Notes: generated by a model from the letters alone, not told the origin. 64,000 nt of DNA from Thermoplasmatota archaeon (GCA_029762535.1 JARVGK010000001.1:64001-128000), one strand, 5' to 3'. Shown: positions 1 through 10,570, counted from the stretch's first letter. Numbers and translations: made by a program.

Positions 1-1863
1 GACGAGGAGAACAATTTCCTCAACTTCTCCATAACCCCCATACCCGAACATCACGAAAGCTCTATGGAGCTCGTGGGGTCCTACCCCTCGATCAGGAGGG
101 ATACGACGAAGTACCTGATGTTCGATATAGTGAACCCAGGGAACAGGTTCGACCTCTTCACCGTTAATGCCTCAACAGTATCGCGCGGTATCGAGATCCA
201 TCCTCAGGAGGGACCGATCGGCGTCTCCAGGGAGAGCCGTGAAACGGCCTGGATAGAGCTTGTGACCGATAACGACGCTCCGCTCGGCAGGGTGGACATG
301 ATCATCGATGCCGTTGGACTGAACTCCTCCTCGAGCCTACCGATATCATTCGATCTCATCGAGAGGACCAACGACCCTGTTCCCGTCGTCACGGGGGACA
401 GATGGGCGTGGGTCGGCCAGCCCGTAACACTTTCGGCGGCCTCGTCCACGGATCCTGACGGAGATGCCCTCTCCTTCTTGTGGAACATCCAGGACCAGGG
501 TAACAGGACCGGTCCGGATGTCACTTTCAATTACACGAAGAGCGGATCGTACATCGTTTTGTTGACCGTCCACGACGGCAACGTATCGGTGGTCGAGACA
601 CTGACGGTGGACGTGTTCCCTATACCTCCACAGAACCTGTCCGCCAGCGTATTCACACAGGGGGTCTCCACGATCACGGTTAGGTGGAAGGCGTGGCCCT
701 CAGGAGGGTTGGAGAACTATTGGGTCATGGCCGAAGCTTTGGAGGGCCAGGGTGTGAGATCTGAGAGGGGCCCTTATTTCCTCAGGTTCGGTCCCGGGAA
801 CACATCGGGCACTTTAGGCGCCTTCTATCCGGATACCGAGGTCAAACTGACGGTCGGGGTGGAGGCACAGAGGTTCGGCAATCACTCCATGGACGTCATG
901 ACCGGACGGACCAACACCGGCGGGGGGTATGGGTCCGCGATGACCCTGAAGATCGAGGGGAAATACCTGTATCTAAGATACAGACCGTGGTTGGAGGATG
1001 TAGGTGAACGCGAGCCTGAGATAGTCGTCGAGAAGCTCTTCAAAGGGGAGTTCGTCCCGATAGGGGCCCCCCGGGAGAACATATCCAAAACGGAGACGAT
1101 CGATATCATAAGGTTTCCGGTGGGGTCGAACTTCGGGTCCTACAGGGCAACCTGCACCTATTTCTGGTCCGAAGGCATCTCTCCCTTCTCCGTATCCAAC
1201 ACTACCCATATACCGAACAGACCCCCCACCGTGGACCTTGTGACCACGTCCCCCATCAAGGAGCAGGACCAGAATGGGACTGCGAACGTTTTCCTGCAGT
1301 TCATGATCAACGATCCAGATGACCAGATAACCCTTGATGTGGATTGGGGGGACGGGCAGACGGAGACCCTGAGCCCGTTCTACAACGGAACGAACAACAT
1401 CTTCCACAACTACACCGAACTGGGCGAATACACCATCAGGATCATCGCTTGGGACTGGTCCGGGGACAGCGTTCGGATCAATACAACGATCAAGGTCGTA
1501 CCCTACCATTACAACATATCCACGGAGAAGGGGCCAAGTCTACTTCTTACGATTGCGCTGGGGATCGTTCTGGCCATCGTGATAATCGCTATACTCGCTT
1601 TCGCGATAAATACCGGGATGAAGATGGCCCGCAAGGAGAGCGTAATAGATTTCGACAGGGAGAAGGGCAAGAACAAGATGGCCCTCAAGGCGGGTACCGG
1701 CACCGACTTCGACCAGAGAAGGGTCCTTCAGATACCCAAGGAATCCATAATGAGGTCGGAGGCACCGCCGTCACCAAAGGATGACGTCCCCGTATCAGCG
1801 GGAGGGGGGATCCCAGGGCCCGGTCTCATCAAAGGTCAGATAGTGTTCGATGACGAGGAATGA
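1..1863 (+). CDS. PKD-domain cell-surface protein with C-terminal TM anchor (5' partial)
   Basis: Frame is open from base 1. Two PKD-like motifs (SAASSTDPDGDALSFLW; VDWGDGQ...HNYTELGEYTI), an FN3-like segment, hydrophobic helix LLLTIALGIVLAIVIIAILAFAI, then a charged cytoplasmic tail. Confidence 0.8.
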   Translation, partial: DEENNFLNFSITPIPEHHESSMELVGSYPSIRRDTTKYLMFDIVNPGNRFDLFTVNASTVSRGIEIHPQEGPIGVSRESRETAWIELVTDNDAPLGRVDMIIDAVGLNSSSSLPISFDLIERTNDPVPVVTGDRWAWVGQPVTLSAASSTDPDGDALSFLWNIQDQGNRTGPDVTFNYTKSGSYIVLLTVHDGNVSVVETLTVDVFPIPPQNLSASVFTQGVSTITVRWKAWPSGGLENYWVMAEALEGQGVRSERGPYFLRFGPGNTSGTLGAFYPDTEVKLTVGVEAQRFGNHSMDVMTGRTNTGGGYGSAMTLKIEGKYLYLRYRPWLEDVGEREPEIVVEKLFKGEFVPIGAPRENISKTETIDIIRFPVGSNFGSYRATCTYFWSEGISPFSVSNTTHIPNRPPTVDLVTTSPIKEQDQNGTANVFLQFMINDPDDQITLDVDWGDGQTETLSPFYNGTNNIFHNYTELGEYTIRIIAWDWSGDSVRINTTIKVVPYHYNISTEKGPSLLLTIALGIVLAIVIIAILAFAINTGMKMARKESVIDFDREKGKNKMALKAGTGTDFDQRRVLQIPKESIMRSEAPPSPKDDVPVSAGGGIPGPGLIKGQIVFDDEE

Positions 1864-1876
1864 AGGAGGTCTCCCT

Positions 1877-2155
1877 TCACTTGTGCGGGCTCAGGGTGAT
1901 CATGATCCCGCACTTGTGGCATCTGGTCATAGGGATGCCCAGGGGCTTCTTGGGCTCCCAGGTCATCGGCTCCTCGATGCCGACAAAACGCGTGCCCTCG
2001 TAATCGTTGGCCCATCGTATGGGTTGTTCTGAGACCAGGAAACCGTATTCGACCTCTCCAGCGCAAGCCGGGCATTTGGGAATGTTGGCCCTCATCTCCT
2101 CGGCCCATCTCTCCGTCAGGAACTGCGACACCGTCATCACCTCGTTTTCATACAT
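1877..2155 (-). CDS. small zinc-ribbon protein (PF20097/DUF6487-like)
   Basis: CPACAGEVEYGFL ... RCHKCG, two CxxC pairs in the arrangement typical of this family. Confidence 0.6.
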   Translation of the reverse strand: MYENEVMTVSQFLTERWAEEMRANIPKCPACAGEVEYGFLVSEQPIRWANDYEGTRFVGIEEPMTWEPKKPLGIPMTRCHKCGIMITLSPHK

Positions 2156-2255
2156 TATATATGTTCTTCTATCAGGTCAAGACCTTGTTATTAAATAATC
2201 CTACCGATATGATTATCGGACATGTGCGCTTAGGGGCCTATCAGGAGGCCGGAAC

Positions 2256-3299
2256 TTGGGCATAAGGGAGTTCATGGACGAGGAGAGAGAGCGGATCGAG
2301 CGGGAGATCCTCGATCTCATGCGAAGAGAGCGGGATGAGGCCCCTCCGGACAGGGCAGTTCAGGATATAATCGAAGCCCTTACGGAGTTCACGATGAGGG
2401 ATGCCAAGAGGGTCAGGGCGGTCCTGATGGTGCTGGGATACAAGGCATGCGGGGGGGAGGATCTCGCCAGGATCCGGTCAGCCTCGGTCGCTATGGAGCT
2501 GGTCCAGTCCATGCTGCTCATACACGATGATCTGATGGATTCATCAGATATGAGAAGGGGCGGACCGGCCTTCCATCGTTTGTTCCAGGGAGATGGCGAA
2601 GAGGGAGGGGACACTGGGCTTGGCATGGCCATAATCGGAGGGGACCTGGCCGAGAGCCTCGCCGAGATAGCATTGGCTTCCTCCGGCTTTCCCGAGGACA
2701 GGATCGTAAGGGCCATGATATGTATGTCCAGAATGGTGCGCGATACCGGTTACGGACAGATAATGGACCTATCAAGGGGGGATCCGCTCGACGCGAGCGC
2801 CTCTTCCATTGCCGCGATACAGCATTACAAGACAGCGAGATATACATTTGAAGGCCCGCTCGTGATAGGGGCGCTCCTCGCGGGGGCCTCCGATACCGCC
2901 CTGGAGGCATTGAAGGGTTATGGGGTACCCGTCGGCATATCCTTTCAGGTGACGGATGACCTGCTGGGGTTCTTCGGCGATCCCAAAAAGGGAGGCCAGA
3001 ACGATATCTCCGACCTGAGGGAGGGCAAATCGACACTGATCCTCAAGGACCTTCTGGACGCATGCCCGCCGGAGGAACGCGAGAGGTTCGATTCCTGGAT
3101 AGGATCCCCTTCGCTGTCCCAGGACCAGGCTCGGACAATAAGGGATATGGCCAGGCAGAGAAAGGTGGACCAGCTCTCCAGGGATCACGCCAGATCGAAG
3201 GTGGAAGAAGGCATCATGTCGCTTGAGCGCGCCGATCTGGACGAGGAGGCCGTCGTCCTGCTCAAGGAGCTTGCCTACAGCCTTCTGAAAAGGGTCTGA
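2256..3299 (+). CDS. idsA: polyprenyl synthetase (geranylgeranyl diphosphate synthase-like)
   Basis: First aspartate-rich motif LIHDDLMD..RRG, GQIMDL, KTARY, second motif FQVTDDLLG, DLREGK. TTG start after GGAGG. Confidence 0.9.
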   Translation: MGIREFMDEERERIEREILDLMRRERDEAPPDRAVQDIIEALTEFTMRDAKRVRAVLMVLGYKACGGEDLARIRSASVAMELVQSMLLIHDDLMDSSDMRRGGPAFHRLFQGDGEEGGDTGLGMAIIGGDLAESLAEIALASSGFPEDRIVRAMICMSRMVRDTGYGQIMDLSRGDPLDASASSIAAIQHYKTARYTFEGPLVIGALLAGASDTALEALKGYGVPVGISFQVTDDLLGFFGDPKKGGQNDISDLREGKSTLILKDLLDACPPEERERFDSWIGSPSLSQDQARTIRDMARQRKVDQLSRDHARSKVEEGIMSLERADLDEEAVVLLKELAYSLLKRV

Positions 3300-3338
3300 A
3301 GCGACTCTGGCAGGTCCAGGAGGAATAAAGATCCGCGT

Positions 3339-5009
3339 TCATGACCCGTCCTCCTCGATCCTGAGCCTGACCCTGTTGCCCAGTCGATCATATGCCGCTA
3401 TGGAATCCTCAGAGAACGGATATCCGATGATGAGATTGATCCCGGGGAACCTCGAGAACATACTTAGGTCCGCCTTGGAGGGCCGGGCCGATCCCGACGG
3501 GTGTGAGTGGACGACCCCTTCGCCCTGCACGGCTCTCTGGGACAGCCTATCGAAAAGGGAGAACATGAAAGATGCCCTTCCCCCGGCGCCTTCGAGCACG
3601 GGTTCGATATGGGAGATATGGGGGGCCCCCCTTAGCATCGCCCCGAACTCGTTGGGGAAGGCGTCCTTGGCCCTTCTGACGATCTCCTCCACGGCCGATC
3701 TGTCAATGGAATAATCCATCTCATCTTCGAAAAGCTCTGATGTGTCCGGGTCGGTCCTGAGCCATTCATGCTCGGATACGGCCTCCTTGAGGATCAGATA
3801 GGCTTCGGGATAGTTCTTGACGGGTCTGCGTGCGATGAGGTCCAGGAGAGCCCTCTTTCCCTTCGAGCGGTTACCGGAGCGCAGATGGACCATCACAGCA
3901 GTGGAGAGCAGAACGGATTCGATCTCATCGTCAGGGAATTTTTTCAGGTGCTTCAAGGCCTCCCGTATGACGTTCGCTCCTGAGCGATGGTCATCGGCCC
4001 TGGCCATCCAGAGGGCCGAACGAGCCCTTGCTCGAATATAAGAGTCGGGGTCGTCACGGGATAGGCCTTCGGACACTTCGTCCATCATATGGGCGTTCCT
4101 GACCATATCCTGCTTCGCCTCCGCCGTGCCACTCTCCGCCATTGCGCATCTGAGCTCGTGCATATCGACCTTGGCCCTGCGACCTTCAGTGTCGTTGTCG
4201 ATCCTCGCTGAGGATTCGATGGCTCGCTCCAACAGGCCGATCCCTTCCTCTTCCGATCCGGCCGTCCTCGATAGTTCTTCTAACGCCAGGACCTCCAGAT
4301 AAGGAAACTCCATCTCGATAGCCCTCTCCAGGGCGCCGCCCATGATCCTCCGGGCGGAGGCGGGATCCCCAGAATCGAGGCGCATTTGCGAATGGACCAG
4401 ATCACATCGGATGAGATGGTATGCTCCGACCCCCTCATCGAAAGATGAGAGCTCCTCCGCAGCTTCGTAAGCGGTGTCCAGGTATCTGAACATCCCATCC
4501 CTCATGCCTCTTGCCAGCATCCTTGATTCCACATGGTCGGACCTCTCGACCAGCAATCTAGAGGCCAGCAAATGGGATTCAACGATCAGGAGGGGGTTTT
4601 GGCCACCTCTCCTTCTTGAATTAGGGGCCATCCTTTCAGAGAGGCCAAGGGCGGATACCACCGGGCCCATATCGAGGGGTATCGAATGGTCGAGGGCCGC
4701 GTTCCCGGCCCTTGCCAGGGCCAATCTCACGACCGGTCCGTTAAGATCGCCCGAAGATGCGATCCTCTCGAGCGGTTCGATGCATCTACGATACCTGCCT
4801 CTGAGGACTAGGACGTCGTGAAGACGGAACAGGGACCCCGGGGAGAGCCCTTCTCTATCGCCTGATAACATTCTTCTGAGGAAGCCCCTCGCCCCTTCAT
4901 CGTTGAGAAAGTAGGTCTCCTCTTCCGTTAGGAGGGACAGACGTCCATGGCGCACATCCATGCAGCCTCTCTCGATCTCGGCCAAATGCCCCTCGAAGCC
5001 TCCTGGCAT
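3339..5009 (-). CDS. JAMM/MPN+ (Mov34) metalloprotease fused to a ~430-aa N-terminal helical (TPR-like) region
   Basis: C-terminal FPNEFGAML...VHSHPSGSARPSKADL matches E-x-H-S-H-x7-S-x2-D. The N-terminus is Ala/Leu/Glu/Arg-rich and helical. ATG at 5009 follows GAGGTGA. Confidence 0.85.
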   Translation of the reverse strand: MPGGFEGHLAEIERGCMDVRHGRLSLLTEEETYFLNDEGARGFLRRMLSGDREGLSPGSLFRLHDVLVLRGRYRRCIEPLERIASSGDLNGPVVRLALARAGNAALDHSIPLDMGPVVSALGLSERMAPNSRRRGGQNPLLIVESHLLASRLLVERSDHVESRMLARGMRDGMFRYLDTAYEAAEELSSFDEGVGAYHLIRCDLVHSQMRLDSGDPASARRIMGGALERAIEMEFPYLEVLALEELSRTAGSEEEGIGLLERAIESSARIDNDTEGRRAKVDMHELRCAMAESGTAEAKQDMVRNAHMMDEVSEGLSRDDPDSYIRARARSALWMARADDHRSGANVIREALKHLKKFPDDEIESVLLSTAVMVHLRSGNRSKGKRALLDLIARRPVKNYPEAYLILKEAVSEHEWLRTDPDTSELFEDEMDYSIDRSAVEEIVRRAKDAFPNEFGAMLRGAPHISHIEPVLEGAGGRASFMFSLFDRLSQRAVQGEGVVHSHPSGSARPSKADLSMFSRFPGINLIIGYPFSEDSIAAYDRLGNRVRLRIEEDGS

Positions 5010-5013
5010 TCGG

Positions 5014-5487
5014 TCACCTCGCAATATTGAGGAAGGTGGATTCGACCTCGGTCAGGAACATCGACATGTCCTTTCCCTCCTCCACGCAAAGATATATGGC
5101 AGCCGCCGGGAACAGGAGGTTGAGAGATTCCGCCGTCCTATTGATGGCCTTTATGGCCTCCTTCCTGTTCATCCCTATATCACAGACGCTCTCGATGAGC
5201 CTCTCGCTGAGCGACCGGTTGAGGGATTCGATGTTCATATCCGGGTTGGGCCGATAATCCGGTGGGACCTCCGCCTCTTCCAATGGGAACGAAGGTCTGA
5301 ACATACCACCCTCCTCGGGTCGAAGCAGTCCTGATCCGAGCGCGGCCTGATGGACCTTTCTCGCCCTGTCCGGGGGAAAGAAGCGTAGATTGTAGGAAAG
5401 TATGTTGACGAACTCGATCGTGGATAGGGACCCGCGCGCTCCGGAGGAGTAAACGGATGCGACTATCCTTTTCAGGTCCTCGCTCAT
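5014..5487 (-). CDS. DUF2240 family protein
   Basis: LSYNLRFFPPDRARKV...GLL...RPSF...VPPDYRP pattern, 157 aa. ATGA overlap with the upstream gene. Confidence 0.75.
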   Translation of the reverse strand: MSEDLKRIVASVYSSGARGSLSTIEFVNILSYNLRFFPPDRARKVHQAALGSGLLRPEEGGMFRPSFPLEEAEVPPDYRPNPDMNIESLNRSLSERLIESVCDIGMNRKEAIKAINRTAESLNLLFPAAAIYLCVEEGKDMSMFLTEVESTFLNIAR

Positions 5488-6224
5488 CTCATCCCCTCCA
5501 GCAGGAATGAGGCGCTCAGCAGCGCCCCCAGGGCGGGATGGGCTATGCGGGGCAGATCCTGCAGACCGGAGGCCCCGATATATACGCGAGCATCCTTTGG
5601 AAAGGACGATCCGATGCCCATCAGAAGGTCCTCGATCGGTCCAGCCTCGGCATCCATGTTCGAGACTATGAATTCCGTTATCCCCAGATCGGCCATCTCG
5701 TAGATGAACTCCGCAGGGGTCATATCGGTTATGAGCTGGTCCCTGGCGAATATCCTGCTTCCATCCCAGGCGATCTCGACCATCAGGTTCTCGGTCAGCT
5801 CGAAGGAGGACGCGATCTCATCGAGCGAGATCACGCTCTTCGTGGAAACGACCGCCTTCGATGCCCCTGCCATTATTGCGTCGATGACCATCTCCGAGTA
5901 TGCGATCCCCGTATCGGCGATGATCTCCGGGCTGAGCGAGCAGACATCCCTTAAAAGGTCCAGGTCCACATCGCCCTTGGATATCCCTCCGAGGTCCATG
6001 TAGTGGACGGCTTTGAAGTGTTCGGACAGGGCCGATATGATATCGATCGCATCCTGCCTCTTCCCTTCATGGCGAAATGGATGGTATCTGTTGTCCTTGA
6101 CCCAAACCGGGTGGCCTTTGAGCACTGCAACGGAAGGTATGAGCTCCACAGTGTCCGCTACTACCGGTTGGATGAACCTCATGGGGATCGACCTGTGGAT
6201 CGCTTCCTGGATAGGAACCTGCAT
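5484..6224 (-). CDS. HisA/HisF-related TIM-barrel protein (orphan, outside a his operon)
   Basis: LIPSVAVLKGHPV, HYMDLGG, ADTGI, AIMAGASKAVVST resemble HisA/HisF barrel strands. Confidence 0.65.
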   Translation of the reverse strand: MQVPIQEAIHRSIPMRFIQPVVADTVELIPSVAVLKGHPVWVKDNRYHPFRHEGKRQDAIDIISALSEHFKAVHYMDLGGISKGDVDLDLLRDVCSLSPEIIADTGIAYSEMVIDAIMAGASKAVVSTKSVISLDEIASSFELTENLMVEIAWDGSRIFARDQLITDMTPAEFIYEMADLGITEFIVSNMDAEAGPIEDLLMGIGSSFPKDARVYIGASGLQDLPRIAHPALGALLSASFLLEGMR

Positions 6225-6227
6225 GGA

Positions 6228-6470
6228 TCAGTCCAATCCGGACATGATGACCACGTCCTTGATGGACTTCACCTTGTTGAAGGGAAGGACTATCCTGCTC
6301 TGGGAATCCGTGCGGTACCTCCTGTAATCGACCTCCTCGCTAGGTTCCAGCAGCAGGTGAAGCACCTTCCCGGTCTTCGTATCCGCAACGATGTTGTTCA
6401 CGTATCCGAGGTGCTTACCATCGCTGGAGAGTACCTCTTTCCCCAGAATATCATTCGAGAAGAACTTCAT
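6228..6470 (-). CDS. PRC-barrel domain protein (CdpB-like)
   Basis: ILGKEVLSSDGKHLGYVNNIVADTKTGKV...LPFNKVKSIKDVVI is the PRC-barrel consensus. Alternative start at 6497. Confidence 0.9.
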   Translation of the reverse strand: MKFFSNDILGKEVLSSDGKHLGYVNNIVADTKTGKVLHLLLEPSEEVDYRRYRTDSQSRIVLPFNKVKSIKDVVIMSGLD

Positions 6471-6493
6471 GGCATTACCCCCATAGTCTGTAT

Positions 6494-8698
6494 TCAACCG
6501 TAATATGTAAGGCCTTTATCTTCTTTCTCCTTCTTATTAATTCCGCCCTTCCAATCGTCCATCAATCGTTTGTAAGCATCGATGGTCGCCTGGTCGACGG
6601 AAGGTTTGATCTCGGATAGGGCCTGCTGGAAATCGACCAAACCCACGAAGGTCGAGCTCAGATCGTTCCTAAGAGCATGAAGGGCCGCTTCACGGCACAC
6701 TCCCTCAAGGTCGGCCCCTGTATATCCCTCCGTCCGATCGGCGATGTCCTCCAACGAAACATCCCCGGCCAAGGGCATGTCCCTGGTGTGGATCCTCAAT
6801 ATCTCGAGCCTCTCGTCCTTCGAGGGGGGTCCTATGAAAAGCATCCTGTCGAACCTTCCGGTCCGCAGGAGGGCCGGGTCGAGCATATCTGGCCTGTTGG
6901 TAGCGGCCAGAACCATCACTCCCCGCATATCCTCGATCCCGTCCATAGATGTGAGTATCTGGTTCACAAGCCGTTCCTGGACGCTGCTGCTCGAGGACAT
7001 TGTCCTCTTGGGAGCGATCGAGTCTATCTCGTCGAGGAATACTATACAAGGTGATACCTGTCGGGCCTTCTTGAATATGTCTCTGACGGCCTTTTCGGAG
7101 TCGCCGACCCATTTCGAGAGAACCTCCGGACCTTTTATCGATATGAAATTGGCCCTGCTCTCCGTTGCCACCGCCCGCGCTAGCAGGGTCTTGCCCGTTC
7201 CCGGCGGTCCAAAGAGCAGTATCCCGCTCGGTGGTTTGATCCCCATCCTGCTGAAGACCTCCGGATGAGAGAGGGGCCATTCGACCGCCTCCTTCAGCAT
7301 CTCCTTTACCGATGATAGGCCTCCGACGGAAGACCATGGGACCTTGGGGACCTCTATCATCACTTCTCTTATTGACGAGGGCTCGATCTCCTTCAGGGCC
7401 TCGTGGAAATCGTCCATGGAGACCACGAGCCTTTCGAGCAGGTCGGTGGAAACGGGCTTCTCCAGGTCTATGTCGGGCAGGTTCCTCCTTAGGCATTTCA
7501 TGGCGGCCTCGCGGGTGAGGGCGGCCATGTCCGCGCCGACGAATCCGTGGGTCATGTCAGAGAGCTCCTCGAGGTCCACCTTCTCGTCCATGGGCATGTT
7601 CCTCGTGTGGACCTGAAGGACCTCTATCCGTGAGTTCCTATCCGGGACCCCGATCTCTATTTCCCTGTCGAACCTGCCCGGCCGCCTGAGGGCCGGATCC
7701 ATGTCGTTGACCCTGTTCGTGGCGGCGATGACTATCAATCTTCCCCTCTCGTCAAGGCCGTCCATCAGCGTCAGGAGCTGGGCAACGACCCTCCTTTCCA
7801 CCTCACCTTTCACATCGTCGCGCTTGGGAGCTATGGAATCGATCTCATCTATGAAGATCACGGCCGGAAGGTTCTCCTGAGCCTCCCTGAAGCGGTCCCG
7901 TAGGTTCTGCTCCGTCTGCCCGTAGTACTTGTTCATGATCTCAGGGCCCTGTATGGAGAAGAAGTTCGCACCGCTCTCGGATGCGACCGCTTTGGCTATG
8001 AGGGTCTTTCCCGTTCCCGGGGGGCCGTGGAGCAGCACTCCCTTGGGAGGGCTGATTCCAAGCCTGTCGAACAGCTCTGGGCTCTTCATCGGCAGCTCGA
8101 TGATCTCTCTGACCCGTTTGAGCTCCTCTTTGAGCCCTCCGATGTCCTCGTATGCCACTGAGGGTATGCTCTCCTCCTTATGCGTCTCCTTTGCGATCTT
8201 GATCTCGGTATCCGATCCGATCTGGACTATGCCCGAGGGTTTCGTCGTCTGGACGATGAACGGCAGCTGATTCCCCATCAATGCGATTCCCTGGATTATC
8301 AGCGTATCGTCCTTGTGAAGGGGTCTCTTCAGCAGCGCCTTCCTGACGAAATCCTCGATACCGTTCGCGAACCGAATATGGGACAGGTTTCCGATCGCCG
8401 GCGAGATCACCACCTTCTCAGCTGGTTTGGGATCGATCTTCTTGACCGTTACCCTGTCGCCGATGGATACCTCGGCGTTCTTCCTGGTCAGACCGTCTAT
8501 TCGGATTATGTCCCTGTTCTCGTCCTGCACTGGGGCCCGCCATACTACCGCCGCGGTCTCCCTCTTACCATTGATACTGATTATGTCCCCTGGGGATATA
8601 CCCAGCTCCTCCCGGGCCTGGGAAGTGAGCCGTGCACGGGAGTAGCCTACATCGTTCTTCAAGGTCGGTTCGACCTTGAGCGTCACCTTTTTCTCCAA
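6494..8698 (-). CDS. cdc48: Cdc48/VAT double-ring AAA+ ATPase
   Basis: N-domain, two GPPGTGKT Walker A motifs, two DEID Walker B motifs, SRH motifs [12 protein letters not shown] and [13 protein letters not shown]-terminus LTYYG is HbYX-like. Probable TTG start at 8698 (track start 8719). Confidence 0.97.
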   Translation of the reverse strand: MEKKVTLKVEPTLKNDVGYSRARLTSQAREELGISPGDIISINGKRETAAVVWRAPVQDENRDIIRIDGLTRKNAEVSIGDRVTVKKIDPKPAEKVVISPAIGNLSHIRFANGIEDFVRKALLKRPLHKDDTLIIQGIALMGNQLPFIVQTTKPSGIVQIGSDTEIKIAKETHKEESIPSVAYEDIGGLKEELKRVREIIELPMKSPELFDRLGISPPKGVLLHGPPGTGKTLIAKAVASESGANFFSIQGPEIMNKYYGQTEQNLRDRFREAQENLPAVIFIDEIDSIAPKRDDVKGEVERRVVAQLLTLMDGLDERGRLIVIAATNRVNDMDPALRRPGRFDREIEIGVPDRNSRIEVLQVHTRNMPMDEKVDLEELSDMTHGFVGADMAALTREAAMKCLRRNLPDIDLEKPVSTDLLERLVVSMDDFHEALKEIEPSSIREVMIEVPKVPWSSVGGLSSVKEMLKEAVEWPLSHPEVFSRMGIKPPSGILLFGPPGTGKTLLARAVATESRANFISIKGPEVLSKWVGDSEKAVRDIFKKARQVSPCIVFLDEIDSIAPKRTMSSSSSVQERLVNQILTSMDGIEDMRGVMVLAATNRPDMLDPALLRTGRFDRMLFIGPPSKDERLEILRIHTRDMPLAGDVSLEDIADRTEGYTGADLEGVCREAALHALRNDLSSTFVGLVDFQQALSEIKPSVDQATIDAYKRLMDDWKGGINKKEKEDKGLTYYG

Positions 8699-8756
8699 GT
8701 TCACACCCCATTTGCACAAGGGTATTGTCCCTTGCTTGTTTATGATACTTTTTCTC

Positions 8757-9401
8757 CTATTGGTCGGATGCGTTCTCCAGGTTCAGGCGTCTTCCCTTGA
8801 TCCTGGCGATCCTCATGGCCGAGTCACGATGTGTGTCCACGGGCTTCACTGATGTGTCCCTCTCGTCGACCATCTCGATGATGTCCCTGAAGCGGTCCAG
8901 GGCCGAGATGATCCTATCTCTGTTCGACGGGTCCCCATCCCCGATGCGGATCACAGAGCTTCTGGGAAGCAGTGATCCGACCGATGCCTTGAACTTCACC
9001 GGTACATTTCCGGGTTCCGTGGTGGTGGAAGAGTTTATTAGGACCCCATCGGCCAGGACGGCAAGGCCTATCCTCAGTCCGGGATCTATGCCGAAGGCCA
9101 TCCGGCGGGGTTTGAAAACCCCCTTTGCCTTGGCAACGGCCCTGCTCACCGTCATGTGAGGGTCCCTCATCGGACGAAGTATGGGCGGCCTTCCGGCAGC
9201 GAAAACGGGCCTGTCCCCCTCAACGATAGCGGCATCCACGCGCCTATCGACCCTCTCACCGGGTGCGAGGAGAATATAACCGATCCCCCTTTCTTTGAAT
9301 GCTTTCACGAGATCGAAGACCTTGGAGAAATCACTCGTACACACGGCGAAGGTCAAACCATCACCCATCGGTCGTCGGCCCCTACCGCTCTTTGCCATCA
9401 C
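8757..9401 (-). CDS. conserved archaeal protein with RNase H-like (YqgF-like) domain
   Basis: FGIDPGLRIGLAVLADG...IRIGDG...VDERDTS...D.A.RIA. Start may be 9368. Confidence 0.6.
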   Translation of the reverse strand: MMAKSGRGRRPMGDGLTFAVCTSDFSKVFDLVKAFKERGIGYILLAPGERVDRRVDAAIVEGDRPVFAAGRPPILRPMRDPHMTVSRAVAKAKGVFKPRRMAFGIDPGLRIGLAVLADGVLINSSTTTEPGNVPVKFKASVGSLLPRSSVIRIGDGDPSNRDRIISALDRFRDIIEMVDERDTSVKPVDTHRDSAMRIARIKGRRLNLENASDQ

Positions 9402-9972
9402 CGTTCCCCTTCGGTTCGTACTCGACTGCTATGATCCTGAATTTTCTGCCCTCGCCCTTCTTCTTTTTAGGCGCTTTTTTCTTTTTGGAGACGACCGCGA
9501 ATTCCAGCGTCATCTCGGTAGGTTCGTCGCGCTCCTCAGAAGGATCCTCGATCACCTGCGCATCGACGATCTCCTCGGCCATGGCGATCTTTCTCTGGAA
9601 CTTCCTGTCCCTGATGAATACCTCCTTCATGCTGCGGAGCACCCTTTTCATCTTGCCATCCAGGTCCCTCTCCTCTTCCTCTATGATGAAATCGTCGAAC
9701 CCCTCCTCATCGATGATGATAGCGTCGGCCGTTCTCCCATTATCGGATGAAAAACCATCATCGAACCGATCCTGCCTGGGATGGTCGAGCAGAGCTGATT
9801 TCGCCTCGTTTAGAAGCCTCATTATCTCCTCGCCCTCCTTTCTCACCGCAGGAGGCAGTTCGCTCATCTTGTCCGGGTGATAGACCTCGGCCATCCGCCT
9901 GTATGCTATCTTGATCTCTTTGGGAGAGGCGTTTTGCGGTATCGAGAGCAATCTATAGTAATCAACGGTCAA
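9382..9972 (-). CDS. J-domain (type III DnaJ) protein with acidic/basic tail
   Basis: DYYRLLSI...EIKIAYRRMAEVYHPDK (HPD motif)...LNEAKSAL. TTG start after GGAGG. Confidence 0.88.
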   Translation of the reverse strand: MTVDYYRLLSIPQNASPKEIKIAYRRMAEVYHPDKMSELPPAVRKEGEEIMRLLNEAKSALLDHPRQDRFDDGFSSDNGRTADAIIIDEEGFDDFIIEEEERDLDGKMKRVLRSMKEVFIRDRKFQRKIAMAEEIVDAQVIEDPSEERDEPTEMTLEFAVVSKKKKAPKKKKGEGRKFRIIAVEYEPKGNGDGKER

Positions 9973-10140
9973 GTGTCATCCTCCGCGCGTGACAATACAC
10001 GGACGTATCAGGGCCTGTATCTGTTGATTTGGTCTATAATATCTTCCATGCTGGCAGCTGATGGGCGCGGAACCCGCAAACATTGGGCCCCCCGGGCAAT
10101 TTAATTAACTTGTAAGTGTATAGGTGTGGGGAAAGATATC

Positions 10141-10530
10141 ATGAGATCGGTCGGAAAGGTAATGAGCTTCTCAGCGACGGGGGCCATAGTCATCAGGTCG
10201 GATTCGGCACCTCGAATAGGAGGCAAAGTATGTGATATGAGAGGAAGGGAGATCGGCAGGATAATCAGGGTAACGGGTCCTGTCGCAAGACCGTATACCA
10301 TCGTCAAGCCTCTCAAGGACCTGCCCGATGGGATGAACCGCTTGATCGGAAGGGAGCTGTATCTCTCCGAGATGCCGGAGAAGCGAAGTACGGTAAGCCA
10401 CGTACGCAGGGATGAGAGAAAACCCAGGGCCGGGAACGATCCGCCTCGTTCCAAGAGCTACGGAAAAAGGAGCGGGGCCGCCCCAAACAAGAGGCAGGAC
10501 CGCAGGAGTAAATGGAACCCCCGAGGTTGA
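10141..10530 (+). CDS. gar1: H/ACA RNP protein Gar1/Naf1 family
   Basis: PRIGGKVCD..GREIGRIIRVTGPVARPY..VKP...LIGRELY, with a basic C-terminal tail. Alternative GTG start at 10126. Confidence 0.85.
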   Translation: MRSVGKVMSFSATGAIVIRSDSAPRIGGKVCDMRGREIGRIIRVTGPVARPYTIVKPLKDLPDGMNRLIGRELYLSEMPEKRSTVSHVRRDERKPRAGNDPPRSKSYGKRSGAAPNKRQDRRSKWNPRG

Positions 10531-10570
10531 CTATTTATAGTGGAGCTTCAAATCACATGAGGGTGTTGAA

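Noticed and set aside
5484-6224. Assigning hisA or hisF
   Set aside because: The catalytic and phosphate-binding motifs are degenerate and no other his genes are nearby.
10020-10125. H/ACA RNA or fluoride riboswitch upstream of gar1
   Set aside because: Only short GC stems and a partial GCTGATG match. The region is adequately explained as a divergent promoter.
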